A stretch of 16,583 nucleotides of DNA from a candidate division WOR-3 bacterium (GTDB taxonomy: Bacteria > Hydrothermota > Tepidihabitantia > Tepidihabitantales > Tepidihabitantaceae). Each line of letters starts with the position of its first letter. Position 1 is the first letter of the stretch. The stretch lies in the NCBI GenBank assembly GCA_965648905.1, contig CBFGIT010000048.1:1-16583 (forward strand). The letters are read 5' to 3'. Shown in pieces: positions 15,679 to 16,583 of the stretch. Below the pieces are notes generated by a model. It was not told where the DNA came from and searched no databases. It was given only the letters and a program-made list of their open reading frames with translations. The translations under genes were made by a program, and so were the position numbers.

Positions 15679-15800
15679 GAACAGGCAGGGGAAGCGCGGG
15701 AATCCGGGCTGTTCACGGCCTGTCCGAAACGTTTCTCCAGTCCGCACTCCTGTGCGACCTGCCGAATTCCGACCGCGTCAGCAAGTTTCGATTAGGAGGA

Positions 15801-16247
15801 ATGATGGAGATGAGAAGGGCGAGCAGGACTTCGCGGCGGTCCGTGCTGGCCGTGTGCTGTCTGGTAGTCGGGCTGGCCGCCCGGCCCGGAATTGCCCAGC
15901 GGCTGGAGACGACAATCTACCTTCCGGATTCGTTCTGCGGGCAAGGATTTCCGCGCAGGGTCACGTACAACCCCGTGAACAACACCGTGTACGTTGGAGG
16001 TTCAATAGGAAACTGCTTGATTGCCATCGACGGCCAGACTGACACCAGGGTTGCGCGCATTCCAGTGCAAGGCTGCGCTGCCGCGCTGTGCGTAGACACG
16101 CACAACAACCAAGTCTACTGCGCGAGTGGCGGCAGCAATCTGATTACGGTCGTAGACTGCGCGACGAACCGAGCCGTGACCACCATTCCGGTCGGCGACT
16201 CGCCGGACGCTCTGTGCTACAACTCGCGGAGCATGTCCCTCGTCTAG
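15801..16247 (+). pseudogene. YVTN/YncE-family beta-propeller secreted protein, truncated by IS256 insertion
   Basis: Signal peptide, LETTIYLPDS, repeats YNPVNNTVYV / NNQVYCA / VTVVDCATN-like ITVVDCATNRAVTTIPVGDSPDALCYN. Stops mid-repeat, and the last residues and stop are IS-derived. Confidence 0.8.
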
Positions 16248-16583
16248 TTGAAATTGGCTGCGGTTCCCACTGCACTCTACTCGACCTTTCCTGCACCGTC
16301 AACTGAATCGCTCTTCCCACGTTCCAGCGCCTGCAGCAGTTGCGGCAGGTGCCGGTAGCCATCCACCCGCCGGAAGTGCTGCTCGGCATGCAGCAACCCG
16401 GCCACACACCACCGCCAACGCATGTCACCGTCACGCCACCGCTTCACCCGGCCCGTTACCAGCTCCGCCACGCTGAACGCGGACTCGGTGACGTTGGTAC
16501 TCGATAGCGTCTTGCGCAGCTTCGCATGCACGCCCAGCCGTACCAGGGTCAGTGTCTCCGCCATCCCTTCCCGCAGACTCGCC
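16229..16583 (-). mobile_element. IS256-family insertion sequence, right end (partial)
   Basis: Transposase C-terminus plus terminal sequence ...AATTTCAACTAGACGAGGGACATGCTC (minus strand) ending at about 16229, where the YVTN repeat pattern breaks. The exact end is inferred. Confidence 0.8.
16277..16583 (-). CDS. IS256-family (mutator-type) transposase, C-terminal part
   Basis: ASLREGMAETLTLVRLG...LRKTLSSTNVTES...RVKRWRDGDMRWRWCVAGLLHAEQHFRRVDGY. Frame is open to the window edge. Confidence 0.88.
   Translation of the reverse strand, partial: ASLREGMAETLTLVRLGVHAKLRKTLSSTNVTESAFSVAELVTGRVKRWRDGDMRWRWCVAGLLHAEQHFRRVDGYRHLPQLLQALERGKSDSVDGAGKVE

Overview
GC-rich bacterial chromosomal window. 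Several secreted proteins carry FCB-type C-terminal secretion (T9SS/Por-like) domains, and the YVTN/LVIVD families suggest a WOR-3-like lineage (inference only). Left to right: a non-coding region with a decayed CTD remnant, an AT-rich promoter/operator and a highly self-complementary ~210-nt element (274-480); a minus-strand operon (membrane protein, probable outer-membrane barrel, 8-Cys protein, DegP); a divergent S8 peptidase; a minus-strand phoH-ybeY-CNNM-CNNM-recO operon; a secreted protein with a 7-repeat LVIVD block apparently inserted into another domain; an accessory region with a G10 tract, a promoter, a small ORF and a catalytically dead, frameshifted RAYT-like gene; and a YVTN/YncE-type gene cut by an IS256-family element that runs off the right edge. 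Best novelty candidates are the orphan structured RNA-like element at 274-480, the dead-RAYT cassette and the LVIVD domain insertion. All calls come from reading the sequence; no searches were run.
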